Positions 17,028-25,634 of a DNA stretch of 64,000 bases are shown piece after piece. Location: assembly GCA_004297545.1 (NCBI GenBank), contig SCTB01000123.1, positions 20,630-84,629 of the forward strand, read 5' to 3'. Source of the stretch: Alphaproteobacteria bacterium. GTDB lineage: Bacteria > Pseudomonadota > Alphaproteobacteria > Micavibrionales > UBA2020. Every line of letters starts with the position of its first letter. The stretch's first letter is position 1. The notes beneath the pieces were generated by a model. The model saw only the letters and a program-made list of their open reading frames with translations, was not told the origin of the DNA and searched no databases. Position numbers and translations under genes: made by a program.

Positions 17028-18144
17028 ATACCAGACCAACATGAACGCAAAGAACCTTCTCGCGGCGTGGGAGGACGCCGGACACATCACCCAACAGGAC
17101 CGCAGGAAGCTGGGCGCCTCGATCTTCTCCCGGCACCAGGAGGAGGAATTGCCCATCTACCTGCGGATCCTGGTCGGCATCGGCGCCTTTATCGCCTCCG
17201 CCTGCATCATGGGCTTCCTGGCGATCACTAAAATTATCGACTTCAATTCGACAGCCGAACTCGTCGGCTGGGGAGGCATTTTCATCGTCAACGCCGTGTT
17301 GCTGGCGCGCCGAGCCGCCGCCTCCGGCGTCATGCTGCACAGCTTCCTGATGAATGTTTCCTTCTGCTCCATCGGCATCGGAAAAATACTGGCCGTCGCG
17401 GGGGCGCTGGCGCTGTTCAAGGGCAGCCATAACAACGAAGGCTGGGCCATCGCCTATGCGCTGGCCGCCGTCACGGCCATCACCTGGCCCTTCTATCGCA
17501 TGTCCATCGACCGCTTCCTGTCGTCCGTGGTCGTGCTGCTGACGCTGCTCATCAATATCGTGTTCGACCGGGACCTTGCGCATGTGCAGCAATACTATCT
17601 TGACGGATTTTTCCTGATCAACCTCTGCGCCGCGATCGCCCTGTTCACCGACGGGCGCGTGCCGAAGGATTATGCGCCCCTGGGCTACGCCTTTATCGTG
17701 TCCCTTTGCGCGACGGTCGCCTATTTCGCGATAACGCATCACCACAACTGGTTCTTCCACCACGCCGAGCTGGACCCGGCTTTCGTCACCTTCAGCCTGG
17801 CCGCGGCGCTTATCGGCCTGATTGGCTGGGCTGCAGGCGACTGGCGCAAGCTGAAAAAGGAGCCGCTGTTGTTCGCCGCCGTCGGCGTGGCGGCGCTGGG
17901 CGCCGTTTCCGCCCCCGGCATCATCCTGGCGATCACGCTCATGGTGCTGGGTTATGCGCGGCATGAACGCCTGCTGATCCTGGCGGGCGGGTTGCTGATG
18001 CCCCTCTTCCTGTGGCTCTTTTATTACAGCCTCGATCTCACGCTGATGGCGAAGTCGGGGATTCTGGTCTGCAGCGGGTTCGTGCTGCTCGCCGGCAGGG
18101 TTTATATGCATGCGCAGAAATTCGACAGGGAGGCCCTTGCATGA
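17020..18144 (+). CDS. DUF4401-like integral membrane protein
   Basis: Start MAEYQTNMNAKNLLAAWEDAGHITQQD (ATG 17020) overlaps the upstream stop (ATGGCTGA). Polytopic. Confidence 0.6.
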   Translation: MAEYQTNMNAKNLLAAWEDAGHITQQDRRKLGASIFSRHQEEELPIYLRILVGIGAFIASACIMGFLAITKIIDFNSTAELVGWGGIFIVNAVLLARRAAASGVMLHSFLMNVSFCSIGIGKILAVAGALALFKGSHNNEGWAIAYALAAVTAITWPFYRMSIDRFLSSVVVLLTLLINIVFDRDLAHVQQYYLDGFFLINLCAAIALFTDGRVPKDYAPLGYAFIVSLCATVAYFAITHHHNWFFHHAELDPAFVTFSLAAALIGLIGWAAGDWRKLKKEPLLFAAVGVAALGAVSAPGIILAITLMVLGYARHERLLILAGGLLMPLFLWLFYYSLDLTLMAKSGILVCSGFVLLAGRVYMHAQKFDREALA

Positions 18145-18653
18145 GAAACATCACATTCATCGCCGCGTCGCTGGTCATTCTCTGCGCCTTCAACTGGGCC
18201 ATCTTCGACAAGGAAATCCTGCGGCGGACGGGCGACACGGTGCTGCTGGAACTGGCGCCCGTCGACCCGCGCTCGCTTATGCAGGGCGATTACATGCGGC
18301 TCAATTACAAGATCACCGCCGATATGGGATGGGTTGCCCACACCACCGGCGCCCTGGAGCGCGGCTATTTGGTGATCGTCCCGGATCAGGACGGCGTCGG
18401 AAAGTTTGTTCGTATCGACAACGGCAAACCGCTTGGCGAGAATGAACGGTTGCTGCGCTATCACATAGATGGCGGACGCTTCCGCCTTGTGCCGGATTCC
18501 TTTATGTTCCAGGAAGGTTTGCGCAACACCTACCAGCCCGCGAAATACGGCGTGTTCAAGTTCGACAAAAGCGGCAACCGCGTGCTTGTGGGGCTTGCCG
18601 GCACAGACCGCAAGCTCATCGAACCGCCGCCCGAAAGCATTCCCTCTCCTTAA
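18141..18653 (+). CDS. GDYXXLXY domain protein
   Basis: N-terminal TM segment, then ...DPRSLMQGDYMRLNYKI (a literal GDYxxLxY). ATGA overlap with the upstream gene. Confidence 0.8.
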   Translation: MRNITFIAASLVILCAFNWAIFDKEILRRTGDTVLLELAPVDPRSLMQGDYMRLNYKITADMGWVAHTTGALERGYLVIVPDQDGVGKFVRIDNGKPLGENERLLRYHIDGGRFRLVPDSFMFQEGLRNTYQPAKYGVFKFDKSGNRVLVGLAGTDRKLIEPPPESIPSP

Positions 18654-18682
18654 ACCCTGAACCCTTCAGAACGCGAACTGCC

Positions 18683-18717
18683 GCCGCCCGTTTCCTCCAA
18701 GACGGGCGGCGTCTTTA
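18683..18717 (+). terminator. Rho-independent terminator candidate
   Basis: gccgcccgt-ttcctccaag-acgggcggc followed by gtcttta (weak T-tract). Confidence 0.45.
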
Positions 18718-18815
18718 TACGAGGAATCCCCTTCCGAATCAGGACATTACGTAAGGAAAATGGACATAAACGGGTGTTTTTGCTACAGTCCCTTCATACC
18801 CCTAGAAGGAGACGC

Positions 18816-19004
18816 ATGGTTTCCGTGCCTGAAGAAGTCCTCGCCCCCGCCGCGCCGGCGCCGTTACGCGTTGACTGTTTCGAAGCTCCTGACGGGATGC
18901 CGCAGTTCCCCCCTTTCGATGACGATATTTTGGCCGGGAATCCGGAACTGGCGAAACCGCCAGTTCCGCAATCTTTGCAAAAAACGTCTTCAAAGGAGGA
19001 TTAG
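18816..19004 (+). CDS. 62-aa ORF consisting only of the C-terminal module of the downstream lipoprotein family (stand-alone module or gene remnant)
   Basis: AAGGAG 5 nt upstream. ...PPFDDDILAGNPELAKPPVPQSLQK parallels ...ASFDKDTQAKNPELAKPPVPLPVQK of 19010..19648. About 25 of 30 nt identical across the NPELAKPPVP region. Confidence 0.35.
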   Translation: MVSVPEEVLAPAAPAPLRVDCFEAPDGMPQFPPFDDDILAGNPELAKPPVPQSLQKTSSKED

Positions 19005-19009
19005 TTTAG

Positions 19010-19648
19010 ATGAAGTCCGTGCTGAAGAAACTTTTCGCGCCGGTCGCCCTTGCGCTCGCCCTGACCGGCTGCGCAGAAAATCCGCAGGATATCGCCGCCA
19101 GGCCCGCGATCGTCGATGCGATGGTCCAGAACTCGCTGGACATCTGCCAGACCGGCCTCGTCAATGCGGACAAGGCGGCCTATGAAACGCGCCTGCGCAC
19201 GGTGCTGAACGATGTGGGTCGCACGTCGAGCCTCAAGGAAATGCAAAATCACAACCTGACCGTCTGCCTCGACCAGCGCCTTGTGCACCAGAATCTCGGT
19301 TTCTGGGACCAGCATGTCAAGGCCGTCATGTACAGGGACGGCGACAAGGGCGGCATCGTCTCCCTCTATGACGACGGCCGCGCGCCGGGTGAAGTCGGCT
19401 TCTGGAGCGCGAAACCAAGCGCCTATAGCTGGGGCGCGCGCGATATCTCGCGCCTGGCGGCAAAATTCCAGGACGGTAAGATTTCAGAAAAGGACAATCT
19501 GATGTATGCCGCAAGGGAAAGCTGCGGCAAGCACTGCTCCGACATCTACTGGCGCACGCCGGCCAGCTTCGACAAGGACACGCAGGCCAAAAATCCGGAG
19601 CTGGCCAAACCGCCCGTGCCGCTGCCCGTGCAGAAACCCGCGTCCTGA
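19010..19648 (+). CDS. Lipoprotein, lineage-specific family (paralog A)
   Basis: MKSVLKKLFAPVALALALTGC lipobox. Shared blocks with 19787..20434: VCLDQRL..QNLG(F/W), GGKGG/GDKGG, FDKDT. AAGGAGG RBS. Confidence 0.7.
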   Translation: MKSVLKKLFAPVALALALTGCAENPQDIAARPAIVDAMVQNSLDICQTGLVNADKAAYETRLRTVLNDVGRTSSLKEMQNHNLTVCLDQRLVHQNLGFWDQHVKAVMYRDGDKGGIVSLYDDGRAPGEVGFWSAKPSAYSWGARDISRLAAKFQDGKISEKDNLMYAARESCGKHCSDIYWRTPASFDKDTQAKNPELAKPPVPLPVQKPAS

Positions 19649-19786
19649 CGCCGGAATAAGGCTGTTTCCGTGATTCGGCCGAAAAGCGAATATCCTATTA
19701 ATACAGTAGGATATTCGTTAACTTTTGCCGGAATTCCCGCCCCCTGCTATCCTGTACCTGTCACGGTAACCACGCGTGGAGCTTGA

Positions 19787-20434
19787 ATGAAGGGCAGCCT
19801 GAAGAAGATATTCGCCATCGCCGCCATGGGTCTTGCGCTTGCGGGATGCGAAAGCAGGATCGACAAGGACCGCAAGGCGGACGTCGCCAGCGACATCATC
19901 CAGACTTCCGTCACCTACTGCCAGCCCGGGCCCGTCAACGGGTCCCCCGCCGATTACAGCCAGCGCCTGCGCAACATCCTGCTCGACAGCTACACCGCCG
20001 ACATGGACGTGCTGAAGCAGAATAATATTGTGGTCTGTCTCGACCAGCGCCTCACCGACCAGAATCTCGGCTGGCTCGATACGCGCATGGAAGGCGTCTA
20101 TTACAACAACGGCGGCAAGGGCGGCGTTCTGACGCTGTGGGACAACGGCAAGCCGCCCAGCTTCTGGTCCAGGGACGCCTCCGACTGGGGCAGTTCCCTC
20201 ATCCATGACTTCGCGAACCAGGTCAGGAAAGGCAAGATCAAGGCGAGCGACGCGCACTGGTACGCCTATGAAGGCTCCTACACGACCAGCTGCGGCCAAA
20301 ACTGCACGACGACCAACTACTATGTAGACTGGGTCAAGGAACAGAAATTCGACAAGGACACGATCCGGAAGAACCAGGCCATCGTGCAGGCCCCGCCGCT
20401 GAAAGCGACAGCGCCCGCCCGGCCGGGAAGCTAG
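19787..20434 (+). CDS. Lipoprotein, lineage-specific family (paralog B)
   Basis: MKGSLKKIFAIAAMGLALAGC lipobox. Same conserved blocks as 19010..19648. Confidence 0.7.
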   Translation: MKGSLKKIFAIAAMGLALAGCESRIDKDRKADVASDIIQTSVTYCQPGPVNGSPADYSQRLRNILLDSYTADMDVLKQNNIVVCLDQRLTDQNLGWLDTRMEGVYYNNGGKGGVLTLWDNGKPPSFWSRDASDWGSSLIHDFANQVRKGKIKASDAHWYAYEGSYTTSCGQNCTTTNYYVDWVKEQKFDKDTIRKNQAIVQAPPLKATAPARPGS

Positions 20435-20650
20435 GGCCCTCAGGTCATCGCGAAGGACATCTTGAACTTGAGAGGCGACATCAGCGTGACGATGTTTCGC
20501 GCCTTGACAGAGAATTCTTCCTGCGGCTGCCCGGCCCTGTCGCCCGCGCCGAACAGGTTTTTCGCTTTTGACATGACCCGTCGTCGCGGTGCCCCTGCCC
20601 TATGTGCCGCCAACCTGGGAAATAGGGGGTCGCGATGCGCACCCTGCGCC

Positions 20651-22519
20651 TCAAGACGAAAGCAGGCCTTTCTCGATAGCGTGATTGAGGCGCTTCACGA
20701 AGCCGGCGGGGTCTTTCAGCGGCTCCCCTTCCACGATGCGCGCCTGGTCGAGCAGCAGGAGCGCCGTCTCGCGCAGGGTTTCGGCATTCGCGGCATTCTC
20801 TGAGAGGGTTTTCAGCCGCTGGATGACCGGGTGCTTTTCGTTGACCTCGAGGATGTGCTGGTGCTTGCCGTCGTAATGCTGGTTTTTCTTCAGAACGCGC
20901 TGCATATGGATATCCATGTCGGATTCCGGCGCGACAAGGCAGACGGGGCTGCCCACCAGGCGCTCGGACAGCGTCACGTCCTTCACTTCGTCCTTTAAAA
21001 TCTCCTTCATCTGCGACAGGAAGCCGGCCATGCCCGCCTTGGCTTTTTCGTCCCTGGGCTCTTCCTTCTTGTCCGACTTGATTTTCGACAGGTCGGCGGA
21101 GCCGCGCGTGATGGACTTGAACTTCTTCTGCTTGTAGTCGTTCTGCATCGGAATCCAGAACTCGTCGATGGTGTCGGTCATGAACAGCACCTCGATGTCC
21201 TTCGCGTTGAAGGCTTCGAGCTGCGGCGAGTGGCGCGCCGCCTCGACGGAACCGGCGGAGAGATAATAGATCTGCTCCTGCCCTTCCTTCATGCGCGAGA
21301 CGTATTCCTCCAGCGACGTCAGCCCTTCCGCTTTCGACGAATAGAACCGCGCGACGCGGGTCAGCTGGTCGCGGTACTGGTGCGCATCGTAGAGGCCTTC
21401 CTTGACCACGGGGCCGAACAGCGCCCAGAAATTCTCGAAATCCTTGATGTCGCTCTTCGCCTTTTCTTCCAGCTCGCCCAGTATCTTGCGCGTGATGGCG
21501 GTGCTCATCTTCGCGACAAGCGGGTTCGATTGCAGCATCTCGCGGCTGATGTTGAGCGGCAGGTCTTCGGAGTCCACCACGCCCTTCACGAAGCGCAGGA
21601 ACGGGGGGAGTAGCCCGTCGACGCCCTCGGTGATAAAGACGCGCTTGACGTACAATTTCGCGCTGTTCGGCCGGCGCGGATCGTAGAGGTCGAAAGGCTT
21701 CATCGCGGGGATGAACAACAGGTTGTGGTATTCGAAATTGCCCTCGGCGTGCCAGTGCAGCGTCATCCACGGCTCGTCCATCTGGATGGTGCCGGAAACG
21801 CCGCGGTAGAATTCCTTGTACTGCTCGGGCGTGATGTCTCCCTTGGGGCGCATCCATATGGCCGACGCGGTATTGACCGCGGGCGCGTCCTTCGCCTCGC
21901 CGATGACGATGGGAAAATTGATGTGGTCGGAATATTTCTTGATGACGTTCTTGAGGCGCTCCTCGATCAGGAATTCATAGGCCTCGTCCTTGAGGTGCAT
22001 CGTGATGACGGTGCCGCGCTCGTCCTTGAGGGACTCGTCGATGGTATAGGAGCCGTGGCCGTCGGAAATCCAGATCCAGCCCTTGTCGTCGCCGGCTTTC
22101 CTGCTGAGCACTTCGACTTTTGACGCGACCATGAAGACGGAATAGAAACCAACGCCGAACTGACCGATGAGGTTTGAATTCTTCTGCTTGTCGCCGTTCA
22201 GCTGCTTGACGAGCTCGCGCGTGCCCGAATGCGCGATGGTGCCCAGATTTTTGATGAGCTCCTCGCGGTTCATGCCGATGCCGTTGTCGGAAATGGTCAG
22301 CGTGCGCGCATCGGTGTCGAACCAGACGCGAATCTTGAATTCCGTGTCGCCCTTGATGAGCTCGGGCTTCGCAATCGCGTCGTAGCGCAGGCGGTCGCAG
22401 GCGTCGGACGCGTTCGAAATCAGCTCGCGCAGGAAAATCTCTTTTTCCGTGTAAAGCGCGTTCGCGACGATATCGAGCAGCCGGCTGACTTCGGCCTGGA
22501 ATTCGCGTTGTTCGGACAT
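20651..22519 (-). CDS. htpG: Molecular chaperone HtpG (Hsp90)
   Basis: MSEQREFQAEVSRLLDIVANALYTEKEIFLRELISNASDA..., IGQFGVGFYS. Start moved to ATG 22517-22519, because the upstream extension only translates a repeat element. Confidence 0.95.
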   Translation of the reverse strand: MSEQREFQAEVSRLLDIVANALYTEKEIFLRELISNASDACDRLRYDAIAKPELIKGDTEFKIRVWFDTDARTLTISDNGIGMNREELIKNLGTIAHSGTRELVKQLNGDKQKNSNLIGQFGVGFYSVFMVASKVEVLSRKAGDDKGWIWISDGHGSYTIDESLKDERGTVITMHLKDEAYEFLIEERLKNVIKKYSDHINFPIVIGEAKDAPAVNTASAIWMRPKGDITPEQYKEFYRGVSGTIQMDEPWMTLHWHAEGNFEYHNLLFIPAMKPFDLYDPRRPNSAKLYVKRVFITEGVDGLLPPFLRFVKGVVDSEDLPLNISREMLQSNPLVAKMSTAITRKILGELEEKAKSDIKDFENFWALFGPVVKEGLYDAHQYRDQLTRVARFYSSKAEGLTSLEEYVSRMKEGQEQIYYLSAGSVEAARHSPQLEAFNAKDIEVLFMTDTIDEFWIPMQNDYKQKKFKSITRGSADLSKIKSDKKEEPRDEKAKAGMAGFLSQMKEILKDEVKDVTLSERLVGSPVCLVAPESDMDIHMQRVLKKNQHYDGKHQHILEVNEKHPVIQRLKTLSENAANAETLRETALLLLDQARIVEGEPLKDPAGFVKRLNHAIEKGLLSS

Positions 22520-22549
22520 ACGATTAACACTCCTTTTCTCTCTTCTCTC

Positions 22550-22646
22550 GTCACCCCCGCGCAGGCGGGGGTCTGGCCGCGCACCTGCGCGCATTTATAA
22601 ATTGCGGCGTCGCCGCTTGCCGGATGCCCGCCTTCGCGGGCATGAC
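22550..22646. repeat. Full-length bipartite nested-palindrome element (GTCACCCCCGC hairpin - TTTATAAA core - GCCGGATGCCCGC hairpin)
   Basis: gtcacccccgcgcaggcgggggtctggcc...catttataaattgc...gccggatgcccgccttcgcgggcatgac. Same architecture at 44920..45016 and, inverted, at 48668..48765. Confidence 0.85.
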
Positions 22647-22648
22647 GG

Positions 22649-22945
22649 CTATTTGCAAATTTCCTCGTACAGGCCTTTCCAGTCTGGATTCATTCCTTCA
22701 ATCACCCTCATTTTCCATGGCCTGTTCCATTTTTTCAGTCTCTTCTCCCGCGCAATTGCTGTTTTGGGATCGGAATAAATTTCATAGTAAACGAGCTTGT
22801 TTATTCCGTACTTTTTTGTAAACCCATCTGCAACAGCGTTTTTGTGCTCCCAGGTTCGTTTTACGAGGTTAGATGTAATGCCCACGTAGAAAGTGCTGTT
22901 TCTGTCTTTTGCCAGTATATAAACATAGAATTGATCTTTTGCCAT
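22649..22945 (-). CDS. Small stand-alone GIY-YIG (URI-domain) nuclease family protein
   Basis: FYVYILAKDRNSTFYVGITSNLVKRTWEHK...AIAREKRLKKW gives the GIY..YIG, R and E motifs. 98 aa. AT-richer than flanks. Confidence 0.85.
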   Translation of the reverse strand: MAKDQFYVYILAKDRNSTFYVGITSNLVKRTWEHKNAVADGFTKKYGINKLVYYEIYSDPKTAIAREKRLKKWNRPWKMRVIEGMNPDWKGLYEEICK

Positions 22946-22975
22946 GCGTAGTCCTTTATACGCGCTATCGCGCTG

Positions 22976-23003
22976 GCCGGATGCCCGCCTTCGCGGGCAT
23001 GAC
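22976..23003. repeat. Half copy of the bipartite element; 29-bp perfect direct repeat of 22619..22647
   Basis: gccggatgcccgccttcgcgggcatgacg is identical at 22619 and 22976, in the same orientation, bracketing the GIY-YIG gene. A tttata core remnant precedes it. Confidence 0.85.
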
Positions 23004-23008
23004 GCCGA

Positions 23009-23599
23009 TCAGGGATTCAACCTTGTCATTTCCCACCCGTCTTTAAATCGGGAAAACAGGAAGCGGTCGTGCAACCGGCCTTCGCCCTCGAGCCAGAATT
23101 CTATTTTATCCGGCGCAAGGACGAAGCCGCCCCAGTGCGGCGGGCGGGGTATTTCCTGCCCCTTGAATTTCTGGGAAAAAAGCCGCACGCGTTCTTCCAG
23201 TTCGTCCCGGGTTTCCAGGGGCTCAGACTGGCGGCTGGCCCAGGCGCCGAGGCGGCTTAAGATATGCCGCGTCTTGAAATAGGCGTCCACCGCCCAGGCG
23301 GGAACTTGAGTCACCTGGCCCTCCACCCGCACCTGCCGGTGCAGGGTCTTCCAGTGGAAGCACATGGCGGCGCTTTGGTTATGTGAAAGTTCTTTCGCCT
23401 TGCGACTTTCCAGATTCGTGTAGAAGCGGAAACCTTCCTTATCCACGCCCTTGAGCAGCACCATGCGCACCGATGGCCTCCCTTCCGGCGAAACCGTAGC
23501 GAGCGCAACGGCTTCAGGGTCATTGGGTTCGGAAACGGAGGCCTCGGTCAGCCATTCCTTAAATAATTCAATCGGGTCCTGGGAGCGCAGGATTTCCAT
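23009..23599 (-). CDS. pdxH: Pyridoxamine 5'-phosphate oxidase
   Basis: RMVLLKGVDKEGFRFYTNLESRKAKEL, IEFWLEGEGRLHDRFLFSR, C-terminal RLNP. Confidence 0.9.
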   Translation of the reverse strand: MEILRSQDPIELFKEWLTEASVSEPNDPEAVALATVSPEGRPSVRMVLLKGVDKEGFRFYTNLESRKAKELSHNQSAAMCFHWKTLHRQVRVEGQVTQVPAWAVDAYFKTRHILSRLGAWASRQSEPLETRDELEERVRLFSQKFKGQEIPRPPHWGGFVLAPDKIEFWLEGEGRLHDRFLFSRFKDGWEMTRLNP

Positions 23600-23739
23600 G
23601 TCTGGTCCGTGTCATTTCTTGCCAAAGGGCAATTTTTCTTTGTCTTGCGGTGAACTTATCTTGTGCTAGAAAGTTATATAAAGTGGTTTTGCCTCTGTGG
23701 CAATTCCCTTCAAGTTTTCCTAAGAAAGGCGGAAAGACA

Positions 23740-24234
23740 ATGAAAACCAAAATCATGATCGTGGCTCTCGCGGCCAGCCTGTCCCTCGCGGGCTGCGCGC
23801 CTCCGGGCGAGCAGAACACCTGGGGCATGGGTAACAAGCAGACGGCAGGCGCCGTCACCGGCGGCGTCCTGGGCGGGCTTGTCGGCCACCAGATCGGCGG
23901 CGGACGCGGCAAGAGCTGGACGACCGGCATCGGCGCCGTTCTGGGCGCTCTCGCAGGCAGCCAGATCGGCAAGCAGATGGACGAGCAGGATCTCGCCTAT
24001 CACCGTCAGACCTGGGATCGCGCCTATTCCGCGCCCATCAACGACACGATCACATGGAACAACCCGGATAACGGGCACCACGGCTCCATAACCCCCATCC
24101 GCGAAGGCCGCAACGCCTCCACGGGCGGAACCTGCCGCGAGTACAAGCAGAGCATCTTCATCGGCGGTCAGGCTCAGACGGCTGTCGGCACTGCCTGCCA
24201 GAACTCGGACGGCACCTGGACGATGGTGAACTAG
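23740..24234 (+). CDS. 17-kDa surface-antigen-like outer-membrane lipoprotein (glycine zipper + surface antigen domain)
   Basis: MKTKIMIVALAASLSLAGC lipobox. GAVTGGVLGGLVGHQIGGGRG...GAVLGALAGSQIG glycine zipper. C-terminal Cys-containing domain (TCREYKQ...GTACQNSDGTW). Confidence 0.75.
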   Translation: MKTKIMIVALAASLSLAGCAPPGEQNTWGMGNKQTAGAVTGGVLGGLVGHQIGGGRGKSWTTGIGAVLGALAGSQIGKQMDEQDLAYHRQTWDRAYSAPINDTITWNNPDNGHHGSITPIREGRNASTGGTCREYKQSIFIGGQAQTAVGTACQNSDGTWTMVN

Positions 24235-24254
24235 GCTTCACTTCGCTGCACAAG

Positions 24255-24287
24255 AAAAAGGCCGGCTCTCAACAAGCCGGCCTTTTT
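24255..24287. terminator. Bidirectional rho-independent terminator
   Basis: aaaaaggccggct-ctcaaca-agccggccttttt lies between convergent genes. Confidence 0.7.
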
Positions 24288-24301
24288 AATTTCATTCGTG
24301 A

Positions 24302-24847
24302 TTAAAGCCCGCAAGCCTTGGTAATCGCGCTATAGGCCTCGGCGCTGCCCGTGAGGTTATAGGTGTCGGTGATGACGGTGCCGCGTTTGGAGGTACCCTT
24401 GACGGTCAGATCGTCGGCCGCGCGCATCGCAGCGACAAGGTTCGTTTCCGCCGCATCGTCATCCATCCAGGCCATGTCGGCCTCGGCCCCGGTGCCGGGC
24501 CCGCCGGTGGACATCGCGTAATCCTTCCCGCCGACGGAAACGATGGCCTTCGACCCCGGCTTGTAGGAATAGCCCGTTGAAATCGTGACGGCGTCCTTCT
24601 GGTTGTCGGCCGGCCAGTGGGTGATGAACATCAGCACGTTGGGGTCGCGGCCCTTGACAGGCTTGGTGCTGACCGTCGATGTCGGCGCGACGGCCATATA
24701 GCAGACCTTGTTGCCGCGGTCGGTGAAATAGGCGGCTTCCCAGTTGCCGAACTTGCCCAGCGGCTTGGCCCCCGGATGTCCGGCGGCTATAACCGCGCCG
24801 GAGGACAGGGAAACAAGGATGCTTAAGACCGCAAAAAACCTTCTCAT
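24302..24847 (-). CDS. Periplasmic protein, invasion-associated locus B (IalB)-like
   Basis: Signal peptide MRRFFAVLSILVSLSSGAVIA. FGNWEAAYF...KVCYMA... and C-terminal ...YNLTGSAEAYSAITKAC resemble the IalB family layout. Confidence 0.45.
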   Translation of the reverse strand: MRRFFAVLSILVSLSSGAVIAAGHPGAKPLGKFGNWEAAYFTDRGNKVCYMAVAPTSTVSTKPVKGRDPNVLMFITHWPADNQKDAVTISTGYSYKPGSKAIVSVGGKDYAMSTGGPGTGAEADMAWMDDDAAETNLVAAMRAADDLTVKGTSKRGTVITDTYNLTGSAEAYSAITKACGL

Positions 24848-25046
24848 GGACTCACTTTCTTTAAAAATCCAAGTCTTATGAACAGGTTAGACAAGTGCAC
24901 ATCCAAAGCCAAGCGAAAACCGTATAAGGAGGTATCAATGGGCTGAAAGGCAGCAGGGTTCCATCCTCATGTATCGTCAGGCAAATATCTACCCCCGGCC
25001 TCCCAAAATCCTTGCCATCAACGCCCCCCACCGCATAAAAAGGCCT

Positions 25047-25634
25047 ATGGTCCTGTCCAAAGCCCCCCAACCGGAAGAACAGCCGCCGCGCCACGAAGAC
25101 CTTCTGGTGCGTGTGGGCAAGCACCAGGACCGCGACGCCTTTATCGCGTTGTTTACCTATTTCGCGCCGCGCATAAAGTCATACATGCTCAAGCACGGCG
25201 CTGCAGAAGCCGCGGCCGAGGAAGTCATCCAGAACACCTTCGTGACCGTCTGGGAAAAGGCCGGCAGCTACGACCCGAAGAAGGCCGCCGCCAGCACCTG
25301 GATTTTCACCATCGCCCGCAACAAGCGCATCGACGCGCTGCGCCGCGAAAAATTCGTCGAGGTCAATTCGGACAGCCTTGAGCTTGAGAAGGCGACCTAT
25401 GAAGCCGAAGAAGTTTACGCCGACAAGGAAGACGTCGACCGGCTGAACAGCGCGCTGGCCGGCCTGCCGCCCGACCAGGCGGAGCTGCTGCGCATGAGTT
25501 TCTTCGAGGATAAATCGCACCAGAAAATCGCCGAGGAAAAACACCTGCCGCTCGGCACCGTCAAGTCGCGCCTGCGCGCGGCGCTGGAAAAACTGCGCGG
25601 CGTGATGACGCCGGCCGGGGAGAAAAAGCCATGA
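25047..25634 (+). CDS. ECF (sigma-70 family) RNA polymerase sigma factor, RpoE/ChrR-type pair
   Basis: Region 2 (FVTVWEKAGSYDPKKAAASTWIFTIARNKRIDALR) and region 4 (SHQKIAEEKHLPLGTVKSRLRAAL). 4-nt overlap with the anti-sigma gene. Confidence 0.85.
   Translation: MVLSKAPQPEEQPPRHEDLLVRVGKHQDRDAFIALFTYFAPRIKSYMLKHGAAEAAAEEVIQNTFVTVWEKAGSYDPKKAAASTWIFTIARNKRIDALRREKFVEVNSDSLELEKATYEAEEVYADKEDVDRLNSALAGLPPDQAELLRMSFFEDKSHQKIAEEKHLPLGTVKSRLRAALEKLRGVMTPAGEKKP

Noticed and set aside
20440-20574. 44-aa minus-strand ORF (MSKAKNLFGAGDRAGQPQEEFSVKARNIVTLMSPLKFKMSFAMT) between the lipoprotein gene and htpG
   Set aside because: No convincing RBS, very short, and no recognisable family. Kept as a note only; conservation analysis could revive it.
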